Shown: positions 1 to 12,247 of the stretch, piece by piece
Numbering within the stretch: the stretch's first letter is position 1
Layout: every line of letters begins with the position of its first letter
NCBI RefSeq assembly: GCF_006345805.1
Contig: NC_043010.1
Span: 17,608,001-17,672,000, forward strand
From: Octopus sinensis
Taxonomy: Eukaryota
Direction: 5' to 3'
Length of the DNA stretch: 64,000 nucleotides
Translations under genes and position numbers: made by a program
Notes under the pieces: generated by a model
Seen by the model: only the letters and a program-made list of their open reading frames with translations
Told to the model about the DNA's origin: nothing
Databases searched by the model: none

Positions 1-3
1 ATA

Positions 4-82
<79 letters not shown>

Positions 83-97
83 ATATATATATATATT
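1..97. repeat. (AT)n microsatellite
   Basis: Near-pure AT dinucleotide run. Confidence 0.98.
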
Positions 98-1679
98 AAT
101 GGTGAAGGCCGGTAAAGAATCCCTGTGAAAAAACCCTCTTTCCATTCGAAACTATATGCATATATTTGTGAGTGTGTTTGTGTGTGTGTATTTATCTATG
201 TATGTATATACGCGCGTGTATACATACATATACACACACACATATTAATATATATAATGTGTGTGTGTAGACATAGGGTAAAATTCAGAATGCTACGTTG
301 AAACTTGGTGTAAGGACCTTAGCAGAGCCCTAAAGTCCGAGATGCTAGGGTTGCGAAGGTGGGACCAGGCATTATAACTTTTTGCAACCCACTTCATAAG
401 CTAAAAATTAGGGAAAGTTCACCGCCTGCACCACCCCTACCTTACTGCCGACGTTGTTTTGCATCTAAAAGTTTTTAGGGGTTCTTTTTGTTTTGAATTT
501 TTTTTTTAATGAGGAAGAAGGGCAGTATCCATCGCTCTTTTCAGGGTCTCCAAGATCGAGTGGTGTAGGAAGTAGTGACGCAGCGTGGATGGAGCCACAA
601 GGATGGCTTTCGTGGGTACAAAATTGCAGAAAAAAAGAGGGGAAAAAAAGGAAAAATGAAAATGAATTAATGTTAATAATAAATAGATTTTAAAAAATAG
701 CGCGTCCTCTCAGTAATATTTGGTTTTTCCCGAGCACTGGGGGTCCACATCATGCGACTGAAGAATACCCAGATCGCCGGAAACCTGGCGCGGAGATTTA
801 CAAACAGGATGGACTCCGCTAAAGGCATCATAAAGGCCAGGTAAGGGATGTGTTAAACGGGTCAACAAATTAAATCTAACAGGAAAATTAGGCCAAAACA
901 AAGGACGGAAGGGGGGGTTGCTATGCCGCGAGGATGGAAGAGTAAAGTTGTAAACATTTGTTGTTTTGAATTAAGAACAGAAAACTAATGTTGTGAGAAA
1001 GAAACAAATACTTTTGTAAAGAGAAGGTAGGGATCGGGTGATCTTGTTGGCATGGTGGGGACAGATGACGGCTTTTGAAGGGAACCCTCTTCTGTTGGGA
1101 ATTTTTCAAAGAGAATTACTTGTATACATGCGCGCACGCACGTACACACACATGTATATATAGGTGAACCGTTCTAGTTGTTTGTTTTTTTATTCTGTTG
1201 CACGTATGTATATTATATTCACTTCATGTACATGGGTGTATATATCCAGAACTCATACATATGTCGCGTGTATTTAGCATTGATCTTTTGAGTATTTGAT
1301 GAGGAGTTTGAAACGGGGACCGTGTTTCCCATTTGGCCTGGACCTATTCATTAGTGGTTTTGCGTAGGCCTGTTAATCTGTCTGCTTGTCTATGTACGTT
1401 CGTTCGTTCTGACTGCCTTCCTCGGGCCCTCAACCCCTGCTGGGCAGGGAGTCGTCAGAGGACCACCACCGTCACATATGGCATGTCTTGGGTCAACTTC
1501 AACCTAACGGAGCTCAACCATTTCATTCCGGGTCCAGTCACAGCTGATTTCAGAAACAGCGAACGAAATACAAGAACCTACTCCACTGTGTGGCCCTTAC
1601 TCTATTCATTGAGCCCCTAAAACATAAAGAGCAACGTTTACCTTGGCGAAATTTGAAGTCAGTGCTGAGATTGTTGCCT

Positions 1680-1910
1680 TACATGTATGTATGTGTATAT
1701 ATGTATAAATGTTTGCATATATATAAATATGTCTGTCGGAATGTATATACAAGTATGTATGTATGTATGTATGTGTGAACGTATGTATGTATGTATGTAT
1801 GTATGTATGTATGTATGTATGTATGTATGTATGTATGTATGCATGTATGTATGTATGTATGTATGTATGTGTGAACGTATGTGTGTGTAAACGTATGTGT
1901 ACGTATGCGC

Positions 1911-1956
<46 letters not shown>

Positions 1957-2090
1957 GCGTGTGTGTGCGTATGTGTGTACTCATGCATGTAATTATGCAT
2001 GTGTATGTCTGCACATGTATGCATGCATGTATCTTTATGTATATATGTGTACACATGTATATACGTGTATGTATGTATGTATGTATGTGT
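1680..2090. repeat. Compound (ATGT)n/(AT)n/(AC)n microsatellite
   Basis: Tandem ATGT, AT and AC runs; source of the spurious MYVC/HTYI ORFs. Confidence 0.97.
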
Positions 2091-2389
2091 AATAAATTCT
2101 TTAACTTTTGAAGCTGTTCTATAAATAAACCGCTAATAATCCACCGTAATTATCTCCATTAATTACATAAATCACATCGGTACACAATAACATTTTTTTC
2201 CTATAATTTTTTCTGTTTTTTCTTAATTCATTTTTCCCCCTTTGAATTTTGAACTATTTGGACTTTAAAATTATATCTATTCGGAACAGAAATCTTAAAA
2301 GTGTCTTTAACTCGTTTCTCATCCAAGCTGAGCATTAACTTTTCTCCACAAAATCGCCAAAAAGTTCATTCTTTCTTATTTAATTAATA

Positions 2390-2611
2390 AGGCGGGGAGC
2401 TGGCAGAATCGTTAGCACGCCGGGCGAAATGCTTAGCAGTATTTCGTCTGTCTTTACGTTCTGAGTTCAAATTCCACCGAGGTCAACTTTGCCTTTCATC
2501 CTTTCGGGGTCGATAAATTAAGTACCAGGTCGATAATTAAGTACTGGAGTTCATCTAATCGACTGCCCGCCCCGCCCTCAAATTTCGGGCCTTGTGCCTA
2601 GAATAGAAAAG
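2390..2611 (+). mobile_element. tRNA-derived SINE, family A (core GCCTTTCATCCTTTCGGGGTCGATAAA)
   Basis: A-box-like TGGCAGAATCGTTAG and B-box-like GAGTTCAAATTCC; 17-bp target-site duplication TTCTTATTTAATTAATA at 2373-2389 and 2612-2628; many copies in window. Confidence 0.9.
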
Positions 2612-2904
2612 TTCTTATTTAATTAATATGTTACTCAACCATTTTCCCCCCTATCGACCCCTTTGATTCCGGCTTCATTCTCCTGGACCTCCAGAGCCAT
2701 CTGCTGGATATAAAGAAAAATCCTAATGTATTTTTAGAATGAAATATTATTAGGAATTGTATTTTAAAAATGATTTTAAATATTTTGTATATCATAAAAA
2801 TGTAATTCACTGCACATAAATTTTAACAACAAAATCTTTTATGGACCCCGGATAAGAACCCTTGACTGAATAGATCGGAGTTACTGATTTCATATTTTGG
2901 CAAG

Positions 2905-3060
2905 GGCCAACAATTTCGGGTAAGGGATTAAGTCGATTACATCGAACCCAGTACACAACAGGCACTTATTTTATCGACCCCGAAAGGATGAAAGGCAAAG
3001 TCGGACCTCAGCGGAATTTGAACTCAGAAAGGTAACGACGGACAAAATGCCAACTCGACG
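2905..3060 (-). mobile_element. SINE family A copy
   Basis: Reverse complement of family A core (TTTATCGACCCCGAAAGGATGAAAGGCAAAG). Confidence 0.85.
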
Positions 3061-3400
3061 TCTTACAACAGATTGTAATTATTTATGAGTCGTAATTACT
3101 GACTGGAAATCTAAAATAAATAAACTAAAGCATAAAAACATAAAGTTACTTGTTGGACGCGTGGTGGGACTTTTTTTTTTACACTTTGATATTACATACT
3201 CACACACACACACAGGTACGACCTCCGAGAACAATTTGGCAAAAAATCGATGCTGCTTTCAGTTCCCACCTGGGAAGAGCAAAGGGGGTTTCCTTTCCCC
3301 ATTCTACCGTCAGTAATTCACGGGACCCTTACATGTCCAGACCAAAGACCGATACACTGGTTGCCCCCCACCCTCGCTCTCTGTATATATATATATATAA

Positions 3401-3800
3401 AAGTAAATAAATGGAATTGAACGCAGATGTTATTCAAATTCTTTTACTTTCGACAAATGTTTCGAAGACAACATTGGTTTTATTCCAAAGGTTCTCTTCT
3501 TTCCTGATGTGAAGATTACATTATTTTACACCGCTTATTCCTTTTACACCGCTTATACATTGTCTTCGAAACATATGTCGAAAGTAAAAGAATTTGAATA
3601 ACACCTGCGTTCAACTCCATTTATTTACTTATACTACTCAAATTACTGCACATTAACCCGGAGTTTCTATCTTTGAATAGGTCGCTACGTCCTTGTTACT
3701 TGCGTGAATTTTGCTACCCTGGTAACTGTTTATTGAATTTTCCGTGTTAACTGAAAACAAAGGATAATTCATTCATCCATTTATATATTAACAAGAACTC
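3401..3800 (+). mobile_element. Penelope-like terminal repeat with inverted partial copy
   Basis: 71-bp inverted arms 3401-3471 and 3560-3630 next to (TA)n; contains HHR motif; homologous collapsed copy at about 32270-32500. Confidence 0.65.
3499..3584 (+). ncRNA. Hammerhead ribozyme-like motif (type I, A9-to-U variant)
   Basis: CTTTC / CTGATGT / GAAGA..TCTTC / GAAA / CATATG / TC / GAAAG. Confidence 0.65.
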
Positions 3801-3959
3801 ACTACTTGAATGGACCATAAACAAAACTTGACTTAAACAGGATTTAGATAATCCTATCAGGTGGTGCTATTAAGTAAAACATGGCCTGGACCAATCTTTG
3901 GTCGAAACATATCTAAGTTTTATATATATACGCACATTTTTTTTATTCTCTCCTTGTTT

Positions 3960-4094
3960 CTTTCTGTATCCCTTTCTGTAGAAGAGCGTAGGCACGAAAC
4001 GTAAAAGACTTTAATTCCTGAGGGTTATAGAAATACATGTTTGTTTTATACACCACCTGACTTCGTCTTTTTTTTTTTTTTCGTGAACTCTCCC
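3960..4094 (+). mobile_element. Penelope-like terminus with HHR-like variant, ending at (TA)n
   Basis: CTTT CTGTAGA AGAGC GTAG GCAC GAAA CG TA AAAG; near-identical copy at 5285-5426 and related copy at 35100-35402. Confidence 0.6.
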
Positions 4095-4101
4095 TATATA
4101 T

Positions 4102-4181
<80 letters not shown>

Positions 4182-4359
4182 CACACACAGAGAAAGAGAG
4201 AGATCAGGAAAAGGTAAAAGTTATTTGATAACCATTTGGCTTTGATAGGACATGAGGTAAAGTTCGGTCAGACGGTCTTCTGATTTCCGATGAGACAGGC
4301 ACCGACCAAACTACAACTTATAGAACTGAGTCAGAGTTTTTATTAAACAACTTCTATCT

Positions 4360-4535
4360 TGTTTCGGTTGTAAGACTACGGCCATGCTGGGGCACCGCTT
4401 TGAAGGGTTTCGACTCACGAACAAATCGACCCCAATACTTTTTTTTGGTTCAAACCTGATACTTATTCTATCGGTCTCATATTTTCTGAACCACTAAGTT
4501 ACGGGGTCGTAAACATACCAACACCGGTTGTCAAG
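4360..4535 (-). mobile_element. SINE family B, 3' half
   Basis: Matches reverse complement of 57690-57860. Confidence 0.75.
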
Positions 4536-4595
4536 CAGTAGTGAGGAACAAACACAAACATACATACATACATAAATACATACAAGCATGCGTGC

Positions 4596-4634
4596 ATGTA
4601 TGTATGTATGTATGTATGTATGTATGTATGTATG

Positions 4635-4663
<29 letters not shown>
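4596..4663. repeat. (ATGT)n microsatellite
   Basis: Pure tetranucleotide run. Confidence 0.97.
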
Positions 4664-4666
<3 letters not shown>

Positions 4667-4679
4667 GGTATGTAGAAAA

Positions 4680-5025
4680 ATACAACATGGACAAGAACGT
4701 ATAACTCTTAGAAGACGATACAATAAACACGGACAGGACATTCGAAACCCTCAGTCTTCAGTCAAGAACCGGATCATCGTAGTAATTTCGGCTAATTAAT
4801 CTTGAGATTACTAGATCACGGCCAGCCCTCCAAGAAAAACTAAGCAACGAGCATTAGAAAAACTAAGCTGGGAGCGTAGATTTCCTGGAAGAAGGATCGA
4901 ATGCATACGGACACCAGGACAGCAAAAGGGACGAATATAAAAAAACAAAAAAATAATGGAATACAGAAACATGAAATACAGAAGCATTAACGGTGAAAAC
5001 AACAAGTGTCTTACGACTGATAACA
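4680..5025 (-). mobile_element. Dispersed repeat related to the fold-back at 20355-20630
   Basis: Shared ACAAGAACG..TCTTCAGTCAAGAACC(A/G)GATC..AATTTCGGCT..TTAATCTTG. Confidence 0.6.
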
Positions 5026-5029
5026 AGCA

Positions 5030-5200
5030 AGTATGTATGTATGTATGTATGTATGTATGTATGTATGTATGTATGTATGTATGTATGTATGTATGTATGT
5101 ATGTATGTATGTATATGTGTGTGTGTGTATGTGTATTATGTATGTATGTATGTGTATGTATTATGTATGTGTGTGTAAGTGTATTATGTATGTATGTACG
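5030..5200. repeat. (ATGT)n compound microsatellite
   Basis: Tandem run. Confidence 0.96.
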
Positions 5201-5284
5201 TATAAGCAAAGCACTGGTCGGTCCGGGGCTATGGTAGAATACACTTGTGCAAGACGTCGCGCAGTGGGATTGAACCGAAGACGA

Positions 5285-5426
5285 CATTTTCTGTGTCCCT
5301 TTCTGTAGAAGAGCGTAGGCACGAAACGTAAAAGACTTTTTCTATTCCTGAGCATTACACTAATACATCTGTTTGTTTTGTACACCACCTATCTTCGTCT
5401 TTTGTTGTTTTTTCGTGAACTCTCCC
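5285..5426 (+). mobile_element. Penelope-like terminus with HHR-like variant
   Basis: Near-identical to 3960-4094; ends CTCTCCC then (TA)n. Confidence 0.6.
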
Positions 5427-5788
5427 TATATATATATATATATATATATCGATCTAATTAATTGCATTTCTGACAAACCCTACCGAAGATTTATAGATGT
5501 AAGTGTAAGTAAAACTACATATTACATTAGTAATGAAACAATTGTATAGAGTCAATCTATTTTATTCGTTGTATTTCACTTTCCTTCCGTTAAATGTATG
5601 TTGATTCTAGTTGGAAACAGATCTTCTGTGGTTGCTTCGGAGCTATTTTTAGCACTAGAGTTATCCACATAGTGGATAACTCTCTAATAATTTATGTATA
5701 AATTTGTATTTTCTCCGTAGTTTTTTGTGCTAAGCCACTTGGTGTTAAATTAATGGTATTAAATTAATATCGATTTTTCACCCTCATT

Positions 5789-5858
<70 letters not shown>

Positions 5859-6279
5859 AACTCTCCCTATATATATATGTGTATGCTGGGCGTGCGAGTA
5901 TAGAATGTGGAGATGCTCCAATTATTATCGATTTTAAAGACAAAAATGTATTGGAATTTGGTTTTCCCTTGTTACCGAGACAAATCAATGGTAGGATGTG
6001 ACAAAGTGCTGCTAATTCCGCAATTTACCATTGTTAACGGTGTGGGTCACCCGTATAAACCTTATTCCGTCACTAATTGGTTCCACCCCCCACATATACA
6101 CATACCGTATCTCTTCAGTTCCTCACCTGCGTTAGTTCTATTTCTCCCTTGAAATCGTTTACTCCGTTCCTCCCTGGCCCATTCAGCAGACAGGGGGAAA
6201 TCTGAGACATAATCTTTAGAAATATAGAAATAATTCTTTCTAATTTTTGCACAGAGATAGCAATTGTGTGTGTGTGTAA

Positions 6280-6645
6280 GGAAGCAAATCGATTACATCG
6301 CTCCCAAACTTGATTCCTACTTTATTTTATCGACCCTAAAAGTATGAAAAGCAAAGTTGGCCACGGTGGGATTTGAACTCGGAACAAAGATGTAATAAAT
6401 GCCGTTAAGGCATTCTGTCTGGTGTGCCAACGCTTCTATCCGTTTGCCGTCTTAGAAAGAAGAATTAACCCTTTCCGCTATAGTCACGAGGCCGGAAATT
6501 TGGGAATGGGATTTGTCGATACCACCGACCCCGAAAGGACTAAAAGCAAAAATAGATCGCGGCAGGATTCGAACGCAAAGACGGCCGAAATGCCATATGA
6601 ATTTCCCACTAGCGCGCTAACGATTCTGCCAAGTTTTCCACCTTA
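6280..6645 (-). mobile_element. Two adjacent SINE family A copies
   Basis: Two reverse-complement cores at about 6330 and 6525. Confidence 0.8.
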
Positions 6646-6805
6646 GAAAGAAGGAATAAAAAAGAAGAGGCGAACGTACTTCTGTTGGAGTCCTGGACAG
6701 ACAGAAAGGAAGGAATGGTCACGGTTGGGCTATCTTTGATCATGGAACTGCTCGTTCAGTGCTGAACAGGCGCTAATGACGCAACATATGATGCAAAGTA
6801 GGAAA

Positions 6806-7115
6806 GGTGGAGGCACATGGCCTAGTGGTTAGAGCAACGGACTCGCGGTCGAGGGATCGCGGGTTCGAATCTCAGACCGGACGATGTGTGTGTTTATTGA
6901 GCGAAACACCTAAGCTCCACGCGGCTCCGGCAGAAGGTAATGGCGAAACTTCAGCTGACTCTTTCGCCATAACTTTCTCTCACTCTTTCCTCCTGCATCT
7001 TGCAGCTTACCTGCGATGGACGGACGTCCCGTCCAGATGGGGAACTTATACGCCAAGAAACCGGGAAACAGGCCCTTATGAGCCAGGCATGGCTCGAGAA
7101 GGAACAAACAAACAA
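6806..7115 (+). mobile_element. tRNA-derived SINE, family C, full length
   Basis: A box TGGCCTAGTGG, B box GGTTCGAATC, (CAAA)n tail; flanking direct repeat CAAAGTAGGAAAGGTG at 6794-6809 and 7116-7131; second copy at 61829-62123. Confidence 0.92.
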
Positions 7116-7199
7116 CAAAGTAGGAAAGGTGCCAACGACGACAATAGCCTTTCTATGTCTTTTCTTTTCTGCTATAGGCACAAGGCCTGAAATTTTGAG

Positions 7200-7345
7200 G
7201 GGTTTTGGGTGGACAATTGAATACTTGACTGGTACTTTATTTATCGATCTCGAAAAAAGATGAAAGGCAGCATTTGAGCTCAGAAAGTAAAGACGGATGA
7301 AATGCCGCTAAGCATTTCGTCCGGTCGTGCTAACGATCCTGCTGC
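7200..7345 (-). mobile_element. SINE family A copy
   Basis: Degenerate reverse-complement core. Confidence 0.75.
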
Positions 7346-8204
7346 CTTAACTACGATGGTAATATTAACAGCAACAACAACGAAGATGTCGACGGCGGCG
7401 GCGGAGATAAAGAATACACACAACGACCCGTTTTCGGCGCAACAAAAAGCCAAACCCTAAACATCGGCTGTGGGTATTCATTGCCTTCGCCGGCGACAGC
7501 AACAATAACTTGACTGACGACCTTATAAGCAGAGAGAAGCTCAACCTTTATGCCTGCTAGAAATAGCAGCAATCAAATGTCCTTCAAATCACACCTCACT
7601 GTTTAAGAGGGGATATACACATTATGACCCATCAGTGACAGTTAAACTATGTACGGCCAGGGGGCAGTCGTGAGTTTGCCTGTTCAAGCTCCTGAGTTCC
7701 TGAGTGCCTATACGGGCTTATACACTAAACCCAAAAGTGCTGTCCCCTTTAAAGTGTCACCCGAGGGAAAATGCACCCCTTGACCCCTCACTATGGGTAC
7801 ACATTGGAAAACATAATCCTGAATAGTCACTGTTTGACCGATTATGATTATAGGTCTGTTGAGTCAGCGACCAACCTAGGGTTAAACAGCAACAAGAATA
7901 ACGTGGGATTTGCAGAAGGTTTGGCTGTTATTTCTAACAGGTCAGGTGAGCACGTAGGTTGGTAGGGGTCGGGGTGTCCCTTTGCTCGTTTGTAGCATCT
8001 ATTGTTGAGTCACTGGTTAACTATGATCAATGACATTCCAGCTGTGACCATCCATCCTTTTATGGGTATCTATTACTACATTATCAAATGCATCCATCCA
8101 TTCCTTTTTAAAATGCTGGGGTGCTTGTTTTGAGACCGATTTGGCTGCTCTTTTTAGCAAGTCCGGCGACCATATCAAAGCTTCTTTCTTAGCGTCTACC
8201 TATT

Positions 8205-8460
8205 GTTATTGTTGTTGTTGTTTGTTTGTTTGTTTGTTGAGCGAAGCGGTCTTCATCCCAGGTGGGAGAAGTCCGAAATGTGGTCCTTTGCTATTCGTAA
8301 GACCCACAGAAGAGAAAGCAGGCCAACCCCCGACACCAAGAGCATCGACGGATGGATGAATGCGCATCCAGGCTCAGCAGTTCCGTAGGAAGTCGGGGAC
8401 AAGAAACAGGAAGAAAGAGTGAGAGAAAGTTGGGGCGAAAGAGTACAACAGGGGTCGCCA
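8205..8460 (-). mobile_element. SINE 3' portion sharing the family C central domain
   Basis: GAAAGAGTGAGAGAAAGTT..GGCGAAAGAGT shared with family C; different 3' segment; (TTTG)n tail on plus strand. Confidence 0.6.
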
Positions 8461-8484
8461 TGTTGTTGTTGTTGTTGTTGTTAA

Positions 8485-8700
8485 GATGGGTGAGCTGGTA
8501 GAACCATTAGAGTGCCAGACAAAATGCTTAGCAGCATTTCTTCCAACTTTTACGTTCTGAGTTCAAATGCTGTTGTGGGTCGACTTTGCCTTCCATCCTT
8601 TTCGGGTCAATGAAATAAGTACCAGTTAAGCAGTGGGGGTCGATGTAATTGGCTCACACCCTCCCCTGACCTTGTGCCAGAATTTGAAATTGTTGCTGTT
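8485..8700 (+). mobile_element. SINE family A copy
   Basis: Head, core and tail recognisable. Confidence 0.8.
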
Positions 8701-8769
8701 GTTGTTTAGCCCCAGGTCAACCTTGAGCCTATCATTAAACAGCATCCCAACCATAAGCATCCTGCCTTC

Positions 8770-8930
8770 ATCATCATCATCATCATCATCATCCATCAGG
8801 CTGGAATGGTTCCGGTTGGGTGGTTTGACAGGATCTGAGGCTGGAGGATTGTATCTTGCTCCAGTGGCTTCTTTGATATGCTTTCTACAGTTGGATGCCC
8901 TTCCTAACGCCAACCGCTTTACAGACGGTA
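8770..8930 (-). mobile_element. RTE LINE 3' end fragment
   Basis: (CAT)n tail plus GGATGCCCTTCCTAACGCCAACC, reverse complement of 24765-24800. Confidence 0.75.
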
Positions 8931-8937
8931 TTGCAAG

Positions 8938-9355
8938 GCGGCGAGCTGGCAGAAATGTTGGCATGCGGAGCGAAATGCTCAGCAGTATTTCGTCTGCCGC
9001 TACGTTCTGAGTTCAAAACCCGCCAAGGTCGACTTTGCCTTTCATCCTTTCGGGGTTGATTAAATAAGTACCAATTATGCACTGAGGTCAATATAATCGA
9101 CTTAATCTGTTTGTCTGTCCTTGTTTGTCCCCTCTGTGTTTAGCCCCTTGTGGGTAGTAAAGAAATAGGTATTTCATCTGCCGCTACGTTCTGAGTTCAA
9201 ATTTCGCCGAGGTCAACTTTGCCTTTCATCCTTTCGGGGTCGATTGAATAAGTACCAGTTATGCACTGGGGTCAATATAATCGACTTAATCCGTTTGTCT
9301 GTCCTTGCTTGTCCACTCTGTGTTTAGCCCTTGTGGGTAGTAAAGAAATAGGTAT
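8938..9355 (+). mobile_element. SINE family A head-to-tail dimer (about 184-bp period)
   Basis: Units start GTATTTC at 8985 and 9169; a third GTATT follows at about 9352. Confidence 0.85.
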
Positions 9356-9759
9356 TGTGTTCCCCTTCAATGGTACCAGCACCTGTGAAGATCCCTTCAT
9401 AACTTGCAAGGCCAAGGTCCTAAAGTGGCCCCTATAACTGGAGAATGAAATCTACAGTGTGGTGATGTATAATAATTTGAGTGAAGCAGGGAGTTGTGTA
9501 TATGATAACCACAATTTGATCCTTGTTGAACAAAACATGACTGAGAAGGGAATTGCTGTGGATTATTGCCTTAAGAAGAAGTGTTGTGAAGTATTTAATA
9601 CTGTCTTGGTGGTGATGGTGGTGGTGGGACAGAATGAATAGTGGCAGAGTTGGGTGGAGGTATGTGTGTAAAAGTGAATAAGCAAAAGAAAATTGCCTTC
9701 AGGGGTGCATTTTGCAGGTGCTACAGAGATTTGGAATTATTGGTTTCCAATTTTGGCCC

Positions 9760-10245
9760 AAGGATAGCAATTTTAGGGGAAGGGGACAGACCAATTACGT
9801 TGACCCCAACAACTCAGCTGCTAGTTATTTTATTGAACCTGAAAAGATGAAAGGCAAAGTTGACCTCGGTGGAATTTGAACCCAGAACATAAAGAGAGAT
9901 GAAATGCCGCTGAGTATTTTGTCTGGTGTGCTAACAGTTCTGCCAGCTCACCGCCTTGATAATAATAATAATAGTAATGATAATGATAATAATAATAATA
10001 ATAATATTAATGATAATAATAATAATGATGATGATGATGTTGATGATGATGATGATTTCAAATTTTTGCCACAAGGGCAGCTTGGGGGAGGGGATTAAGT
10101 TGATTACATAGACCTCAGTGCATAGCTAGTACTTATTTACTCAACCCCAAAAGGATAAAAGGAAAAGTCAACTCTGACAGAATTTGAACTCAGAACGTAG
10201 CGACAGGTGAAATGCCACTAAGCATTTCATCCAGCGTGCCGCCTG
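9760..10245 (-). mobile_element. Two SINE family A copies separated by (AAT)/(GAT)n
   Basis: Cores at about 9840 and 10150. Confidence 0.8.
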
Positions 10246-10292
10246 CAATAATGATGATGATGATGACGACAATAATAATTTAAGTAATAGTA

Positions 10293-10325
<33 letters not shown>

Positions 10326-10328
<3 letters not shown>

Positions 10329-10760
10329 TTTTTTTATTAGCCACAGAGGCTACTAGCTACATTACAGTGAATGAGTGTTATGACAGAGATGTTACAAAAT
10401 AGCTGTGGATGAACAAGACAAAGTTAATTATCTGAAATTAATTATCTGAAGTTATTCTCTTTCTCTTAAGTTTTTTTAAAATTTTATTTTCTTCTCCTGT
10501 TTGTCCTAAGTCTTCAGCAATCTCCAACATCTGCTTGTTTTTTATCTCCTCTTTATTATCCTAAGACTGTGGGGTTACACAACTGCTTATAGCCTCTCAG
10601 TCAGTTCTTGGGCAAGGGGACAAGATGATTTATTTTAACAGTTCCAGACCTGTGCCTTGTAGTGCCCTAAACCCAACAGAACTCCCCATACACTGCTACT
10701 GCTGCTTTCTCAAAAGTCCTGTTAGGGTTTAGCTATTGAGACAGAAACACATGTCCAGTT
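10326..10760 (-). mobile_element. Probable Tx1/L1-like LINE 3' UTR in (AAT)n
   Basis: Minus-strand end TGTGGCTAATAAAAAAA then (ATT)n resembles the end at about 49702. Confidence 0.4.
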
Positions 10761-10898
10761 GTGTCCAGTTCTTCTGGACTTAAACCCTTAAATTACCTTC
10801 ACTACTATAGGTGTAGCAACAGGACTTTCTGCTCTGAACAAGCATCCAGAAGGCTTTCTTCTTGCTTTCCACTACAAAACATAGTTCCGGGATTATTT

Positions 10899-11255
10899 TA
10901 TCATCATCATCATCATTTAACGTCCGTTTTCCGTGCTAGCATGGGTTGGACGGTTTGACCGGGGTCTGGGAAGCCAGGAGGCTGCACCAGGCTCCAGTCA
11001 GATCTGGCAGTGTTTCTACAGCTGGATGCCCTTCCTAACACCAACCACTCCATGAGTGTAGTGGGTGCTTTTTACGTGCCGCCGGCACAGGTGCCGGGGG
11101 GGGCTGGCAACAGCAATGATCGGTTGGTGATTTTTACGTGCCACTGGCGCGGCGCTGGCATCGGCTACGTACAGATGGTGCTTTTTACGTGCCACTGGCA
11201 CAGGTACCAGGGGAGGCTGGCAACGGCCATGATCGGTTGGTGCTTTTTATGTGCT
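10899..11255 (-). mobile_element. RTE LINE 3' UTR fragment
   Basis: Reverse complement of 24600-24920 including (CAT)n tail. Confidence 0.85.
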
Positions 11256-12084
11256 CTTGGAAAGTCAGGAGGACTATTACATCCATACTGACATATCACC
11301 TGACCCCATATCAGTGTTGACCACTGGATGTATTGTATTATGAAAGTGAACCCCAAACTAGGTTTTGGTATTGTCCCTTTTATCCTTTACAATTTAACCT
11401 GAAATACTGCGAGATTAGTTTGTAGGTAAGGAAGGGCCGCTAATTAAGTTTATCATTACATACCATCATCACTTTTAAAACAACACATATAGCACCCCTA
11501 GGTACTTCAGCATCTTTTGCAGGAGTTCACAGTTCTTGCATTAATGAGAGATGCTTAAATTGTCCATTGAATTGCACAAGAAAGACCTCTGTGGAATTGG
11601 TAATATACAGATCAGATACCCTCTTTCTTTCTCATGCCTGTGTCATAAATTCAGGTAGAAAAAATACCCTTTTTTTCTCTCATAATTTTTACAAGTGTAA
11701 ACATGTAAACCCTTTCATCAAAATGGTGCTGCATGTCTAGAACTGGTCTCTTTGATGTATCTGCAAAAGAAGAAATTATTTCTCCAATCAAATTTGAATT
11801 TGGCATTTTTTTTTGTTTAGTATATGAGAGTACTGTAGTTGTTTTGGCTTTTTGTTGTTAGAAAAATTCACTACATTTGTTCACGCTTGTGCCATTGTTA
11901 ACAGCAAGATCCTTTTTAAAAAAAAAAAAACACGGAAGACTTGCTTTCCAGTATTCTTGTTAATTTCTGTGTTTGTTTTATTTGTTTTGTAGTTTTCATT
12001 TTTACCTTTATTTTTCATGGGTGCTGCACGATTTCTCAAAGCTGTTTTATGTGTTTATATTGACAAATAAAAGAAGAATAAATA

Positions 12085-12245
12085 CGAGGGGGTACCCAAA
12101 AGTAACTGGAAACATTCTCTGTGGGACAAACCCATTGTAGTTCAGGCTTCCACCACTAGAAGCCACTTGATGTGATCCTCAGGCATCATCAGTCTGCCAA
12201 CCAACATCATCATGTGGAGTCGTACTGCCACATGATGAATTTTTG
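12085..12245 (+). mobile_element. Mariner-like transposon end (fragment)
   Basis: TA followed by CGAGGGGGTACCCAAAAGTAAC, resembling a mariner TIR; partner TIR not found. Confidence 0.45.
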
Positions 12246-12247
12246 TT

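Noticed and set aside
3880-3921. GACC..GGTC-GAAA-CATATC as an HHR
   Set aside because: CUGANGA core is missing; at most a relic. The same applies to about 97-165 and 19820-19845.
5657-5683. Hairpin containing TTATCCACA (DnaA-box-like)
   Set aside because: Eukaryotic repeat context, single box, no origin features; no HHR core around it.
6806-6880. tRNA gene
   Set aside because: A and B boxes present, but it continues into a SINE body with tail and TSD; same for the other tRNA-like heads.
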